From contig JAQGDQ010000271.1 of assembly GCA_030141605.1 (NCBI GenBank), positions 124,001-188,000 on the forward strand: DNA of 64,000 nt, given 5' to 3'. A program made the position numbers and the translations under genes. The notes beneath the pieces were generated by a model, which saw only the letters and a list, made by a program, of their open reading frames with translations, made no database searches and was not told the DNA's origin. Of the stretch, positions 1 to 13,768 are shown in pieces. The first letter of the stretch is position 1; each line of letters starts with the position of its first letter. Source of the stretch: Tubiluchus corallicola (Eukaryota > Animalia > Priapulida).

Positions 1-3000
1 CACTCCAGCTTCCGTTTTCAGAACAATGTAATAACGAAGAAGGTTTTTCTACTGCTTTAAATCCTACATCACACACCAGTGTAGCACTGGAATTGACATT
101 AAATTTTTTTGCAAACAAAATGCCGTTGGGTATAGTAGGTAGTGGGCCGCATAAGATTTCGATGCACGAGGCTGATTTGTTACTCCATGTTCCTGTGGTT
201 AAGCAGGATCTTACAACTGGCCCTACCAAAAGGTACCCCTTTTTGCAAATGTATTTCACTTTGTCGCCAACAAAGTAAGTTGCATTTACTTCGTCTGTTT
301 CGTTAATCCAGTGGGAATAAATCTTTTTATATTCACCGTTTTCTATTGTTTCTGGTTCGTTGCATAATTTATGTTTGCATAACGGCGTGGTGCCTGTCCA
401 ATTTCCACCGAAGCCACAAACAACTTGTGGATGACCAAAGATCTCGTAACCATCGTTGCAAGAAAAATTGGCTTCACCTCCAATAGTGTTTGAGATTATG
501 TTCACGGCTCCATGTTTAGGTGCATCTAAAATTCCACACTTGATTAATTCGCATTTTGGCAAGAGCTCGTTCCATTCTCCACTGTGCAAACATTTTACTG
601 ATTCGGGTCCAATTAGTTCATATCCTGCTTCACAGAAAAATGCAACAGTAGAATCGTACGAAACATCATTACCAATGTGAAAACCGTTTTCAACAGGTGA
701 AAGTTCGGTGCAGTTAATGATGTTACAGACAGGTAAATCACCCGCCCACATGCCATCTTCTGTGCATCTTAGAAGAACAGGATGCGAGATTTCAAAACCA
801 TTATCACATTCATACTCCACTGTTGTGTTATACACGTAATTTCCAACCACTTGAGAAACAATAGTTGCGTTTGCTATTTCTGTGAGCTCAGTACAGACAA
901 CTTGTTCGCATTTTGGAAACTCATTCCAGTTACCAATTTCGCTACAGAACAGAGTGTTTGTTCCATTTATACGATAACCTTTTTCGCACGCAAGTACGAT
1001 TTCTTCGCCAACTTCGTAGTTTGTTCTTGTCTTGTTACGCACGTAGGAATGTTGCAAAAGTGAGGGACGACTGCACAGTGTCTTATTACAGATCGGAGGA
1101 GCACCATCCCAGTTTCCATTTTGGTCGCAATTGGATGAAACGTCTCCTAGTAAGTGATATCCATAGTTACAATTGTATGTTACCAATGACCCAATGGCCA
1201 GGTTGCTATACGTAGCAGCGCCATATTCAGGGGTCAAAGGGATTGGGCATAAGATTTCAACACATTTTGGTACTTTGCCTGACCAGTTGCCATAATGTGT
1301 ACAGACTATTAAGCTGTCACCTTCAAGTTTATATCCTTCAAGGCATTCATATGTCACATTATCATTGAAATGATACGAATCCTGCATAGTGGTATTATAA
1401 CTGTGTTCAGTTGTCGGTGGTGGTTTACATTTCATAGGTTGGCAATGTGACGTGTTGATCCAGCTCCAAATACCAACGTTACTGTCCGCCAGACATCGTA
1501 CAGTGGCAGAGATATTGTTCATTTTGTAGCCCTTGTCACACTGATATTCTACAACAGTACCATATGGAAAACTTGTTTTATTATTGGTAAAGTGAGCAAA
1601 CGGCAGCTGAGGAGGCGAAGAGCATGTGATTAGCTGACATTTTCCAGGTATGCCAGACCAGTTTCCATCCTTACTGCAAATTAATGAACTGTTCTTGTCG
1701 TCGTAGTAACCCTCAGTGCACTTTAAATACAGCCTGCTGCCATAAGAAAAGCTTGAACCCATCCATTTTCCATGTAATATATCGACTGGTTGACCACACG
1801 TTATTTCTTCACAAAAAGGAAATGAGGAATTCCATCTTCCGGAATTTTCACAACGCAGTATCGTTGAACCTTGCAGCTGGTAACCCTCATCACATTCATA
1901 CATAATTAGAGAATCTACTGTTGATATTTTGTCATGTGGCATTTCAGATATTAGTTGACCATGATTTATTAACTCAGGGTTTGGACATCGAATGATTTGA
2001 CACGAAGGAACAACAGGCTGCCACTTTCCAGTTTCACCAACTAAAGTGCACGTGACTTTTGCTGAACCTGTCATTTTGTATCCTTTATTGCAAACATAAT
2101 TAACCTTGTCGCCAATAAGATTTCCATCATAATAAGTGAATTTCCCATTATCAATCACAGGTGGAGCATCACAAGTGATTCTTTCACATTCTGGTACCTC
2201 ATCCCATGTTGCATTCAGTTGGCACACAGATTTCGATGGTCCAATAAGCCTGTACCCAGTAATGCACGAAAACCAACTTGTAGCACCGATGTAGGTATCC
2301 TGGTTGCTTACTTCGCCATTGGAAAGAGATATTTCAGGACAACGTGGCTCAAAGCAAACTGGTGGTGGAGCACTCAGTGTACCATCTAATTCACACACTG
2401 CAGAATGTGCTCCATGAAATGTGTAGCCTTCATTACACGTGAACAAGACATGCTTGCCAACTGTCAATAAGCCATCGAACAAAACATTGCCATTTTCCGG
2501 ACGCTCTGGTGGTACACAGGTAATTAATAGACAAACAGGAGGTGGATTTTTCCACTCACCTGTCTCCAAACAAACAGTTTTTGGTTCACCTAAAAGTCTG
2601 TAGCCACTTTTACATGTAAAGGTGGCCAACGAACCATTCAATTTCGTTTCTCCATTTTCAATATCAGGCAATGGTTGACAGGTTTTCTCACAGACTGGTA
2701 ATGGATGGTCCCATTCAAAGTTATCTTGGCAATATAATCTGTCCATACCTCTCGCTCGGAAGCCATCGTCACATATTACCCGAATGAAATTTCCGGGAGC
2801 GAGATCGTCGTAAACAATCCGTCCATTCTCAGGCTGCAATGGCAAGCAGCAAATTGTCTCCTTTACGCATTCACAATCTATGCTTTCCCGAACTGACCAA
2901 TGACCATCATCACCGCAGTTATTGAAAAGCATTGCACCTTCTTTGGCTTGAGATCCGATTGCGCAATTATAGAGAACGAAAGCGCCAGATTTCCACCGTG

Positions 3001-4413
3001 TACCTTGAAGCAGGGTTGCTACGACGTTACGACCAATTGGAGGTGGTCCACAATCCGGCGGTTCACAATAAGGATCACTTCCGCTCCACTGCATCCGACG
3101 AAGATCACACTGTCTTGCTGATGGTCCAACAAGATTGTACGGTGCATCACAAGTATAATATGCAGTAAGCTCATACACTTCGGTTTGTCCATTTTCAATC
3201 TGTGGCAGTTCGCGGCACATTCTACCCAAATTTTTGCACGAAGGTGCAACGCCTGACCATGTCCCATCAGACAGGCATGTTCGAGTGCGAGCACCGTGTA
3301 AGACGTATCCTGCATAGCAGCGGTAAGTGGCATTGAATCCCTCAACAATCTTGTCCACTTCAATCAGACCGCCATCAAAGTAACTCTCTGTGAGATTCTG
3401 ACAAAGCTTTGCACAGGTTGGGAGGTTTGTGACGTTCCAGCCGTGATGAGCATTGCACGCGATTTCTGCTTCGCCAGAAGATGGCGCATAGCCTGACTTG
3501 CAGATAAATTCTCCATAGCTGGTTGTCGTCTGGATCAAAGACACGGAACCTCGCTCTTTTATTTCATGAGTTTGTTGATAAGTCCAATAAAAGTTTGCAT
3601 TCTTTACAATAGGTGGCGCTGTGCAATCCTGTAAACAGTCATATTTTTCTGGATTATCCCATTCGTCCTCCCCACACGTTGGAGGTTTGCAATACGGCGT
3701 CTCACCGTCCAGTTTTCCCGTCTCAGAATTGCATTTCCTTTTTGAAGGACCCATCAGTGTATAATTGTCATTACAGTGATAGAAAACAACAGCGTCCTTC
3801 ACTACGACAAAACCGTTTTCTGGTATTTCCGGATCCTTGCAAATCATGTCTTGCATGTCTTGATTTTCAACACAAGTGGGAGGGTCTCCGGTCCATAGAC
3901 CATCAGATTGGCAAATTCTCGTGGGTGTTCCTTTCAATCTGTACCCAACATTGCAAAAGTAATTACCAGAAGCTCCTTCGGTTAAGCCGTTTAGGACAAT
4001 TTCGCCATTTTGGAATTCGCTCAAGGTTATATTTTCGCACTGACGCCCGCAAACAAGCAAATTGCTAACATTCCAGCCATTGTCTTCAAAACAGACTATA
4101 TAAGAGTTTCCCTTTTGTTGACTATAGCCCTCATCACATTTAAAACGCACAGCAGATGAATAAAAACTGTTGCTAATATTGTTAATACTGTCGATCCATA
4201 TAAACTCTGCATGTTCGACCATAGGTGGCGTCGTACAATCTGGTAGGCAAGAATAGTTTGCTGGTTTCCATACTTGGTCCTTGCACAGTAAGCGCAGCGA
4301 TGATGGTTTGTGACCTGTGGCACAGGTGAGTGTGAGAGTTGTTCCTTCTTGATGAAAACTTTCAAATGAGTTCATCCAGCCATTTTCTGGATCAGCCGGT
4401 TTTACGCACATCC
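1..4413 (-). CDS. Giant coding exon 2 (3'-incomplete) of a multi-Sushi/CCP protein, about 24 modules (SVEP1/CR1/factor H-like)
   Basis: Manual translation: (G)MCVKPADPENGW...TCATGH...CKDQVWKPANYSC...FCNVGYRLKGTPTRICQSDGLWTGDPPTC...CKKGYLLVGPVVRSCLTTGTWSNKSASC...HCSENGSWS. Repeated C-x-x-P...NG...C-x-x-GY-x-L-x-G...C...G-x-W...P-x-C pattern. The frame is the same at 4411 and at position 7, and I saw no stop (about 1470 codons). Acceptor tatttcag|gg at 4415/4413. Confidence 0.93.
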
Positions 4414-4439
4414 CTGAAATAGCATTTCACATGTTTGAG

Positions 4440-4720
4440 TCAAACTGTTAGCAATGCTAATCATAACGATTTATCAAAGAACTGTAAGCCGAAGTTATTT
4501 ACTGAATATAGAAAAGCATTGAGGCGAATCTTAAACTTGCCTAGAAACTCTCATTCCAGCATGACATTGTGTATTGCTGATACATATCCTCTAGATATAC
4601 TCTACCGTAAGCGAATTTTGAAGATCCAATGTAACATAAATTTATCTGTTAATCCAGTTCTTTGCTCATTGACTGTGTTAAATAACTATACTTTGTTGGT
4701 GTCAAGCAATTTAATCTAGC
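4440..4720 (+). mobile_element. Degenerate non-LTR retrotransposon ORF2 C-terminal fragment
   Basis: YRKALRRILNLPRNSHS resembles the post-RT region of LINEs. Confidence 0.45.
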
Positions 4721-6534
4721 ATTCTATAATTATTTGTTTTCTTTTCGCATTTTTACAAACACGCATTTCCTGAAAGTGTTTAAAACGAAGCCAGCATTAG
4801 TCATGTGACCTAAGCTTTAGTAGTATACGCCACCTATCAATCACACTTGTTTTTACACGTAGTTAGATTTTCTGTTGCCGCTATGCTGATCATGCTGTTT
4901 GGTGATACTTGCTTTGCTTTGTCTATTTTGTTACAATTTAACAGTCACTAGTTGTATCTTCAAGCCAAAGTTGTCATCAGTAAATGTAAGTCACCATCTA
5001 CTTTAATAATTAGTTAATAGTTTAAATTGGTTAGAATTGCTTCAAATCTCTAGAATCATAAAGTAATAATTTGTGTTTCAGTCTTCTTAAATCTAACTTT
5101 TCATTTTGTCTAAATAGTAATAAGCTTTAGCACGTTCTTAAGCACTTTTTATGATCTGTTATTTTAATAAATTGCAGGTCTATCACGCAGTTCAATACTG
5201 ATTTTTGCCGTTTCTTTGCCTGGACTGGGCGCATCCACAATACTCGTATCGTCAGAAACCGTAATATGAGCCACCATGCTTATGCTTATAGACCTGTCAA
5301 CATAATAACATACATTCTGCTCTGGACTTTGCATAATAATTCAAGGTTTCACAGTTAATGAAATCATTGAAATGTTGTATTCGCTACTAACAGCATAATG
5401 TATATACCAATGTAAATAGCACTACTTACAATATTATATATTACATGTAATGCATTATTATGTATGAATAAAGATGATATATATATATATATATATAATA
5501 CGTTAATCTTTAGTTGCTGAAATGTTCCTTAAGGAATTCTTGTGTGATCGCGTTGGTGCTATTAGTGAGGCTGGTCATGGCGCTGGAGTTGGTGATGATG
5601 ACAGCGGCAATGTAATGGTGTCGAGATCACAGCGGTACGGCAGAAATGATTACAATGAAGTTGGTTATGATTACATACGTTTATAAGAAAATATTTGTAG
5701 AACAAAACTTGATTATCTTGATTCCTTAGTTACTTCAGTATTGTATTTTTAAGTACAAATGTTAGGTATTAAAGACGAAATATTGTTTATCAATTATATA
5801 TATATATATATATAATAATCTATATTTGCCATTAAATTGCATTGATAATCACTGATAAAAACTTTACAGAGATGATCAATCAGTGTTAGTTAATAAAAAC
5901 TTACACTGCTAAAGGCAAATGCGTCAGTGCAATCTAAACTACCGTGCAGTAATGGAAAGTAACGACGAATAAAATCAAACATATTTACAACTAAGCATAA
6001 AAAATGAAAAAATTATGATTTAATTAATATGGCCATGGATATATGAATTCTGAATTAGTGTGTATGTTGTCGCACTGGTTTGATGGTATTTCATATCTGG
6101 TTAATATTAGTGATTTTAATTTTGTTTTAAAAGCTGATAGGGACTTGATTTGTTTAACCTGTAATGGTAAAGAATTCCAAAGTAGAATTGCTTGCTTGAT
6201 TACAGAGCTCGTTAAATAGTGGGTATTTGTCCTAAATTGTTTTAGATTACTTGTTCTGGAAGTTTTCGTAATTACGATAATTGATTGTAATTAAAGCAAA
6301 TCATTAAAGCTGTTTAATTTTGGTAATATATCTTTAATCATATCGCTTACATAGAATATGGTCTAAAATTGCTTATCGACTACAGTTACAATCAAATCAT
6401 TAGAGCCGTTTAATACTCTTGTGTATTCGTTGTCTCATGCAGTCGCAATATATGGCCTCCAATCAATTATAATGCTATTTTAATATAGCTCTATGTAAAT
6501 TAAACATACACTGTGGTCGTTTCTTCTCCTCTTT

Positions 6535-6798
6535 TCCTTCTTACTATCCCTAATCTTACTATTTTTTCCATTCCATCATATCTACTAACCCTAACCATTC
6601 TTTCATTCACTCATCCTCCCCTCCTTTCCTTCTTCCTATCCCTTATCTTACTATTTTTTTCCATTCCATCATGTCTACTAATCCTAACCATTCTTTCATT
6701 CACTCATCCTCCCCTCCTTTCCTTCTTCCTATCCCTAATCTTACTATTTTTTCCATTCCATCATGTCTGCTAACCCTAGCCATTCTTTCATTCACTCA
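6535..6798. repeat. ~91-bp pyrimidine-rich tandem repeat, about 3 copies
   Basis: Recurring ctatccctaatcttactattttttccattccatcat...cattcactcat. Confidence 0.85.
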
Positions 6799-6982
6799 TT
6801 TGTGCCACCCTAACAAGCCAAGCTTTCAAGGTGTCATACAGCAACTCTTTTATTTGGTTAATTTGACTTCATCAACGTTTTTTTACCTATACTGTTTCTT
6901 TTTGTTGCAATAATTTTGTATGTTCATGTATTGTATATGTATTGCTGGAGTGAAATAAATTGATTGATTGATTAATTATATA

Positions 6983-7582
6983 GTTTTACATGTCAAATGT
7001 AGACACAGGAAAGTTCAAATGTGACTTAGGTAAGTCAAATGTAGATGCGGTACTTTGAATAAATAGGTAATTAACTCATTTAAGTGCAAATTACAAAAAG
7101 ATAAACCAAAGAGAGTCATCGCCTCTTTCATAACTTTGAAAAATGTGTTGTTCATCCCTTCCCAATGAACAGTGAATCACTAATTAGTTTAGGTAATGCA
7201 TTAGCACTGCATTAATGAATTAGTTTCTCTCAATAAGCATTGTTTATTTTAAGAATGTATTGTTTTCTCTAATAGTTCCAATGGTATGTAAAGTTTGCAG
7301 AATATTAGTGAACTATTAGTAGACCTACAAAGTTATTATTTTAACAACAGTTATTAAATTAAGATTAAAGGAGATTAAATTTAACACCCCTAAAATTTAC
7401 CACCTATCCACATTTGACTTGACATGTGTCTACATTTGACTTACCAAAAACGCTTAAGATTTCTTGAAAACCATTGTTAACACATTTGAACTACCAAAGT
7501 CTACATTTGAGTTACCAAGACACATTTGAATTACCTAAATCTACATTTGAGTTAACGCAGGTCTACATTTGACATGTAAAAC
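6983..7582. mobile_element. MITE (~600 bp) with 22-bp TIRs and subterminal repeats
   Basis: Left gttttacatgtcaaatgtagac is the reverse complement of right gtctacatttgacatgtaaaac. Internal caaatgt(ag)/ctacatttga motifs recur near both ends; flanks are TA-rich. Confidence 0.8.
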
Positions 7583-7621
7583 CTATATTGCTTACACATA
7601 ACATGGTCTACCCATACTTAC

Positions 7622-7670
7622 CCTTTGCAGTCGTAATGAGTAAAAAACACCAGGCATACACAAACAGCAT
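7622..7670 (-). CDS. Coding exon 1 (signal peptide) of the Sushi/CCP gene
   Basis: ATG at 7670 gives MLFVYAWCFLLITTAK plus 1 nt, then donor g|gtaagt. The phase-1 intron joins in frame to the exon at 4413 (g+gg = Gly). Confidence 0.8.
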
Positions 7671-7795
7671 CGTTGCATACAGCTGCTAAAATTCCTACAA
7701 AGCTTCATTCGCTAACGTAATAAGAAAGCAAAGGCGGAAATAGGATCTTTTCTCTTGCAAACGTAATAATTTCGTTCACATTAGTTCAAGAATTT

Positions 7796-7877
7796 CATTG
7801 TTCATATTAATAACCGATGAAGCAGGAATTCACATTGTTCATATTAATAACCGATGAAGCAGGAATTCACATTGTTC
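7796..7877. repeat. 37-bp tandem duplication upstream of the Sushi gene ATG
   Basis: cattgttcatattaataaccgatgaagcaggaattca occurs twice plus a partial copy. Confidence 0.85.
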
Positions 7878-8197
7878 GTATTACGTGTTCAGCACGTTGA
7901 ATGAATTTTATGAAAAGAAGCCACTGCCCTAATTACTGTTGTGAACACAGCAAACAAACAATCTTGTGCTGGTACTATATAGCAGTTGCAAAACTAGGCG
8001 AAACTTTCACGGATGCTGGTAGTATCTATCGAGCTGTAACACAATACTGTCTATAAAGTCATTAATCATGAAAAGCGGATCTTAGTGTGACCGTTCAATT
8101 GCCACCCAAATGCAGCTGCAATACAGCAAAAAGGCGGAGGGCGAGAGGGTGGCAGTTTAGAAAAAGGACAAACAAGTCGTTTTAATCGAACTGTAAT

Positions 8198-8926
8198 GGC
8201 GCGTTCAGACGTAGAGACTTCTCTCGCAACTTGTTATGCAACTTCTCTGTGAGGGAAAATTTTACGTGTGAACGGCTTGGCAATTTCTCTATCAGCTTGT
8301 TGCGAGAGAAGTTGGCAAGCCGTTCGCACGTGCAACAAGTTGCGAGAGAGGTTGCCAAGCCGTTCACACGTGCAACAAGTTGCGAGAGAAGTTGGCAAGC
8401 CGTTCACACGTGCAACAAGTTGCGAGAGAAGTTGACAAGCCGTTCACACGTTGCAACAAGTTGCGAGAGAAGTCGCCAAGCCGTTCACACGTTGCAACAA
8501 GTTGCGAGAGAAGTTGCCAAGCCGTTCACACGTTGCAACAAGTTGCGAGAAAAGTTGCCAAGCCGTTCACACGTTGCAACAAGTTGCGAGACAAGTTGCC
8601 AAGCCGTTCACACGTGCAACAAGTTGCGAGAGAAGTTGGCAAGCCGTTCACACGTGCAACAAGTTGCGAGAGAAGTTGACAAGCCGTTCACACGTTGCAA
8701 CAAGTTGCGAGAGAAGTCGCCAAGCCGTTCACACGTTGCAACAAGTTGCGAGAGAAGTTGCCAAGCCGTTCACACGTTGCAACAAGTTGCGAGAAAAGTT
8801 GCCAAGCCGTTCACACGTGCAACAAGTTGCGAGAGAACTTGCCAAACCGTTCACACGTTGCAACTTTACTCTCAGAGAGAAGTTGCCCAACAAGTTGCGA
8901 GAGATGTCTCTACGTCTGAATAAGCC
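8198..8926. mobile_element. Non-autonomous TIR element carrying a 40/41-bp minisatellite array
   Basis: Ends ggcgcgttcagacgtagagac(t)tctctcgcaac and gttgcgagagatgtctctacgtctgaataagcc are inverted. Internal unit gttgcgagagaagttgccaagccgttcacacg(t)tgcaacaa, about 13 copies. Confidence 0.85.
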
Positions 8927-9119
8927 ATACCATTCGAGCTGCTACCAGGCTGCAGAACGATGAAATTTAACTGCACATGTTTTATAATCAAAAGTTCATC
9001 TCTTTAATTATTCATAAATTTCAAGATTACGTTTTAATGATAGAAGGAGAGCGATAAATAGAATAAAATTAACTAAATTTTAAAACCAAATTTTCCCGAA
9101 GAGAGTATGCGTGAAAAAG

Positions 9120-9180
9120 TTGGATTTGAACTAGGAACCTTTGGACTAAAATCGACTGCCATGATCACTTAGCCCAAGTT
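9120..9180 (-). mobile_element. Degenerate tRNA-derived SINE head
   Basis: Minus strand tgggctaagtga (A-box-like) ... ctagttcaaatcc (B-box-like) at tRNA-like spacing. Confidence 0.4.
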
Positions 9181-9320
9181 ACTACGACATTTCGTAGTTC
9201 AATCCTCATAGGTCAACAAACAGTTTAGCATTTCCAAGTATTAGCTTAGTCACGCTAGAGTGATTACAATCTAAACAGATTATATTTGTTTAATTAAATC
9301 AGAGCCTGAAAAAATCCTTG

Positions 9321-9610
<290 letters not shown>

Positions 9611-12283
9611 TTCTGAGAGAAATTTTATCCCAAAGTTCAACAATTATGGGCTTGTTCAACCATTACCCTGTAATTAAGATTATAAATAATTCAATTATTA
9701 AATTATGACACTGAAATGACCTGTGGTCAGAGGTTCTAAGCACATAGATGTTCCAGATTTCTAATGGAGCAACGATAAAAGAGCTGACCACGAAATGCAC
9801 AATGTGCAGTCGAATTTGCAATCTGTCAAGTGAGTTAAAGGAAAAAGCAACCCCAGTTTTGAACGACATTCAGCATATTTTAAAATGCACTTACAAATAT
9901 TGAAATTACCACACAATATACACACACATAAAATCCCTTGCTTAAAAATGCAAAACAAATTTAAATCATTCGTATCTCCCGTCAAACAAAGCTCGCCAAA
10001 TTTGGGGCACATTTAACAAAAAATGACGTAAGCTGGTGGACAGCATGAAGACACGCGTAACAAAACTTCTGCGGTTCACTAAAAAAATTCCGCTATTCTG
10101 ACCGACTAAATTTTCATATTTAACCGTGTTTACGTTACGAATGAACGTCTAAAGTGCTTACGTAGCTTTAACCTACTGGCGTATACCTCAAAATGTGTAA
10201 GTACTTTATTACTTACAGATAAGCATGAAATTCTGCGAGGATATCTAACAGAACTCACATTTATCTTGCTAAAATAATTATTCAGTTACTTTGCTCTCGT
10301 TAGCTAGCGGAGTTGGATTTTGTCATATTATCGCTGGCAACTGGCTTTCTTTACATAGTGGGTAACGGTGTTCAACAAACATAAAAAAATAGCGTTAATA
10401 ATCTCTTGTTTGACGTTTTGAAGTTGTTTGTAGTTGATAATAGTAGTTGACTATAATATAATAATTTTACTCTCATTGCAAATATTCAATTTATTTTGTT
10501 ATAAACTTACTGTAAAACTTGTTTCTTTCGATTTTTATCACTTCGTTGTTAGCGCTATTAAATTTGAAAAACCGCCATTTTTCGTTGCGCGAGACGAATG
10601 ACGTCATGTGTGTATAGTCACGAGCTCACCAAAGATCGGTAACCATAGACGCTTTCTGTGCCTCGTACGTCATTCTCGCTCACTTGCGCCAAAGACGCGA
10701 AACATGGCGATCTTTACGGCAACGCACGCGTTAGAAATTCGCGTTATTTAATTCATAACTCTTTCTTGTTTAAAAATAACAATGAATTCTTTGTAAACTT
10801 AATAATGCTTTAAAAAACTTCAGTCTCTGTAGGGGTTATATAAGCCTTTAAGATCACTTAAATCTAAGACTGACGCTCCCTAATGAGTCACTGAATATAC
10901 AGTCAACACTTTTGTTTTATACGTGAAACTGAATGGTATAGGCATACATACTTTATGCAAACCGAACATTGAGAATTAGAGTTTGCTAAAATAAAGTCGT
11001 TAGCGCCACTGTAGTTAAAGTTTTTAGCAAGAACCGTAAATTAAACCAACAACGTTCTCTCTAACAACAAGAATTAACACTGAAGCTGTTTAACTTTTCA
11101 TATGATACGAGCGCTAGATATATTTCTACTAGACTTAATATTATTTATTTTGATGTGATTCACAGAAAATGTGCATACAGTTTATACGTCAGGCTGAATA
11201 AGAGTGAAAATTTTATATGTAAGAACATTTTAAACAGTGATGTAAACTTTCTTCTGTAATTAGATGTCATTGGCGTAGTTTGTTATATCGTTAATTGTTA
11301 TTTGTGTTATTGTTGTGTGTCATGGTTTACTGTATTATTTGTTTTAATTTGTGATGTGTATATGAACTTTGTGAAGTTTGAAATAAAATATTAAATCTAT
11401 ATCTAAATGTCCTCTATAATTAGTTTGATATTACTTTTTTATACACTCAAATGGTTAATCTGATTAGACTATGGCACTTTATTTATTATTATTATTTATT
11501 ACCATACAGTGGTTTGATAATTGTACTGTTAACAAAATGTCATCTCAGGCAGTGAAGGCATCAGTTGTTACCACAATTTTCCTAATATGCACATGATACA
11601 AACCACAGGCGTTTGTGTTTCTTGAAAACGTTCACAGTCAGTAACGATTCATATTGAGGGAGAACATACTATTTTTTCAGGAATGACCTACGTGGTAGAA
11701 TAATTACCAAAGAGAAGTAATCTTGCGTCCACACGGCTTGTTTTTCACTGTTGTACGCGTTTCGCCATTTACAAGTTAGATCGGTACCAGCGCCTGCATT
11801 GTCAGAAATACTTTGGCAGCATTAGAGGCGTTAAACTGTCTACTTTTTATCGTACTTCAAAATGGGGTAGAATATCAAAAATTATCCTGTTTTTCTTTTA
11901 CTGATTTTCATACAGGAAAGGTAAAACTACATCCTCTGCAGAATCAGCATCAGCTTCTCTGATGCAGCTCAGGTTTCCGAGATGAGAAATCTGAACAACA
12001 ATCACATATTAAACGTCTCAAGCCAGCAAGGCTAAAAACAGACAGAAATTAATTGAAGTGCACGAAACAGGAGAAATTTAATTAATGCATCTGAGGAGGC
12101 AGCATTTATATAATGAAAACATCCCAAAAGAAATGAGAAAAAAAACATGAGATTTTAAACACGAGGCAGTAGTTTATCTTCAAGTGAAGAAAAGGAAAAA
12201 ATCGCGTTGAATTATTAATACCGGTTTTTGTGAGCTATTTTTACATACATCGCTGACACGTAGAGATGTCAGAGATTGCTAAC

Positions 12284-12392
12284 AGCCACTATAGTCTAGC
12301 GGTAACACATCTGCTTTCCGTCTGGGAGGGCGAGAGTTCGATACTGCAGCTGGATCAAAGTCTTTAAAAATGGTACCTGCTGTTGCCCTGCC
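12284..12392 (+). mobile_element. tRNA-derived SINE (head plus start of central domain)
   Basis: A-box tagtctagcgg and B-box gagttcgatact, followed by aaagtctttaaaaatggtacctgctgttgccctgc, which resembles invertebrate SINE central domains. Stems do not form a proper cloverleaf. Confidence 0.65.
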
Positions 12393-12418
12393 TGTTGTTG
12401 TTGTTGTTGTTGTTGACG

Positions 12419-12471
<53 letters not shown>

Positions 12472-12530
12472 CTTGTTGCTGTTCTTGCTTTGTTGTTTGT
12501 TGTTCTTGCTCTTCTTCTTCTTCTTGCTCT
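12393..12530. repeat. (GTT)n/(CTT)n microsatellite
   Basis: Direct observation. Confidence 0.97.
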
Positions 12531-12886
12531 CACACAAAGTATACAGACACATAAAAAACACAGAATCACAGCAAAATACGAAACACAATGGAGAAACGCA
12601 AAAGCATAAAAATCGCTGGTTACTGGTCACAATAACAGAACACAGTGAGACACAAACAGAAATTAATAACAATAAACCTGCAAAAAATCAACAGAGATAG
12701 GAAAACAGCAAGTTGTGGCAACTGACATGTTAGACTGGTTTTTACTATCGTGTCATAGATATAGCAGAGATACTAAGGGTTAAAAATGGGTTGGGCTAAG
12801 GGTCCAAAATATAAATCAGGTTTGAAACGCCTGAACTTTCACAAACTTTATGGAATAGACAAATGAGGGCAGTGCATTATTATAAA

Positions 12887-13595
12887 AGCACGTTCAGACG
12901 TAGAGACTTCTCTCGCAACTTCTCTCTGAGAGTAGAGTTGCACGTGTGAACGGCTTGCCAACTTCTCTCGCAACATGTTGCACTTTCGAACGGCTTGGCA
13001 ACTTCTCTCGCAACTTGTTGCAACGTGTGAACGGCTTGCCAACTTCTCTCGCAACTTGTTGCACTTGTGAACGGCTTGCCAACTTCTCTCACAACTTGTT
13101 GCACGTGTGAACGGCTTGGCAACTTCTCTCGCAACTTGTTGCACGTGTGAACGGCTTGCCAACTTCTCTCGCAACTTGTTGCATGTGTGAACGGCTTGGC
13201 AACTTGTTGCGCAACTTCTCTCTGAGAGTAAAGTTGCAACGTGTGAACGCTTTGGCAACTTGTTGCGCAACTTCTCCATGAGAGTAAAGTTGCAACGTGT
13301 GAACACTTTGGCAACTTGTTACACAATTTCTCCCTGAGAGTAAAGTTGCAACGTGTGAACGCTTTGACAACTTGTTGCGCAACTTCTCTCTGAGAGTAAA
13401 GTTGCAACGTGTGAACGCTTTGGCAACATATTGCGCAACTTCTGTCTAAGAGTAAAGTTGCAACGTGTGAACGATTTGTCAACTTCTCTCGCAACCTGTT
13501 GTAACGTGGGAACGGCGTGCGAACGGTTTGGCAACATCTCTCGCAACATCTCTCGAAACCGTTCACACGTTGCAACTTTTCACACAGTTCACACC
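12887..13595. mobile_element. Second copy of the 40/41-bp minisatellite TIR element, array inverted, right TIR not found
   Basis: Starts gcacgttcagacgtagagacttctctcgcaac. Units are the reverse complement of those at 8300-8860, followed by a ~60-bp variant unit containing ctctgagagtaaagttgcaac. Confidence 0.85.
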
Positions 13596-13768
13596 GCTGA
13601 GATGACATTATGCTGAAGTTCTTCGATTGTGGACAATGTGTGTGTCAATGAAACAGTTATTTAAAATTTTACGTTTTTAAAGGAAGAAGTCTTTTAATCT
13701 TTTATAGTTAAAAACAACACAACTTTATTAAAAACTTTTACATTAAAAAGTTAACAGCTAATTTCACG

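Noticed and set aside
93-4365. Short ORFs listed over the Sushi exon
   Set aside because: Antisense or off-frame shadows of the long minus-strand CCP frame.
8231-8963. Repetitive ORFs here and at 12848-13608; superficial CRISPR-like periodicity
   Set aside because: Head-to-tail minisatellite units with no unique spacers and no cas genes, in a eukaryotic context. The ORFs are by-products of the repeat.
10570-10745. CpG-rich patch with ccgccattt, tgacgtca and aaacatggcg (YY1/CRE-like)
   Set aside because: Could be a promoter or the interior of a DNA transposon; no linked exon or termini could be shown.
12284-12356. Possible tRNA-Gly(TCC) gene
   Set aside because: Acceptor, anticodon and T stems pair poorly and a SINE-like body follows; treated as a SINE.
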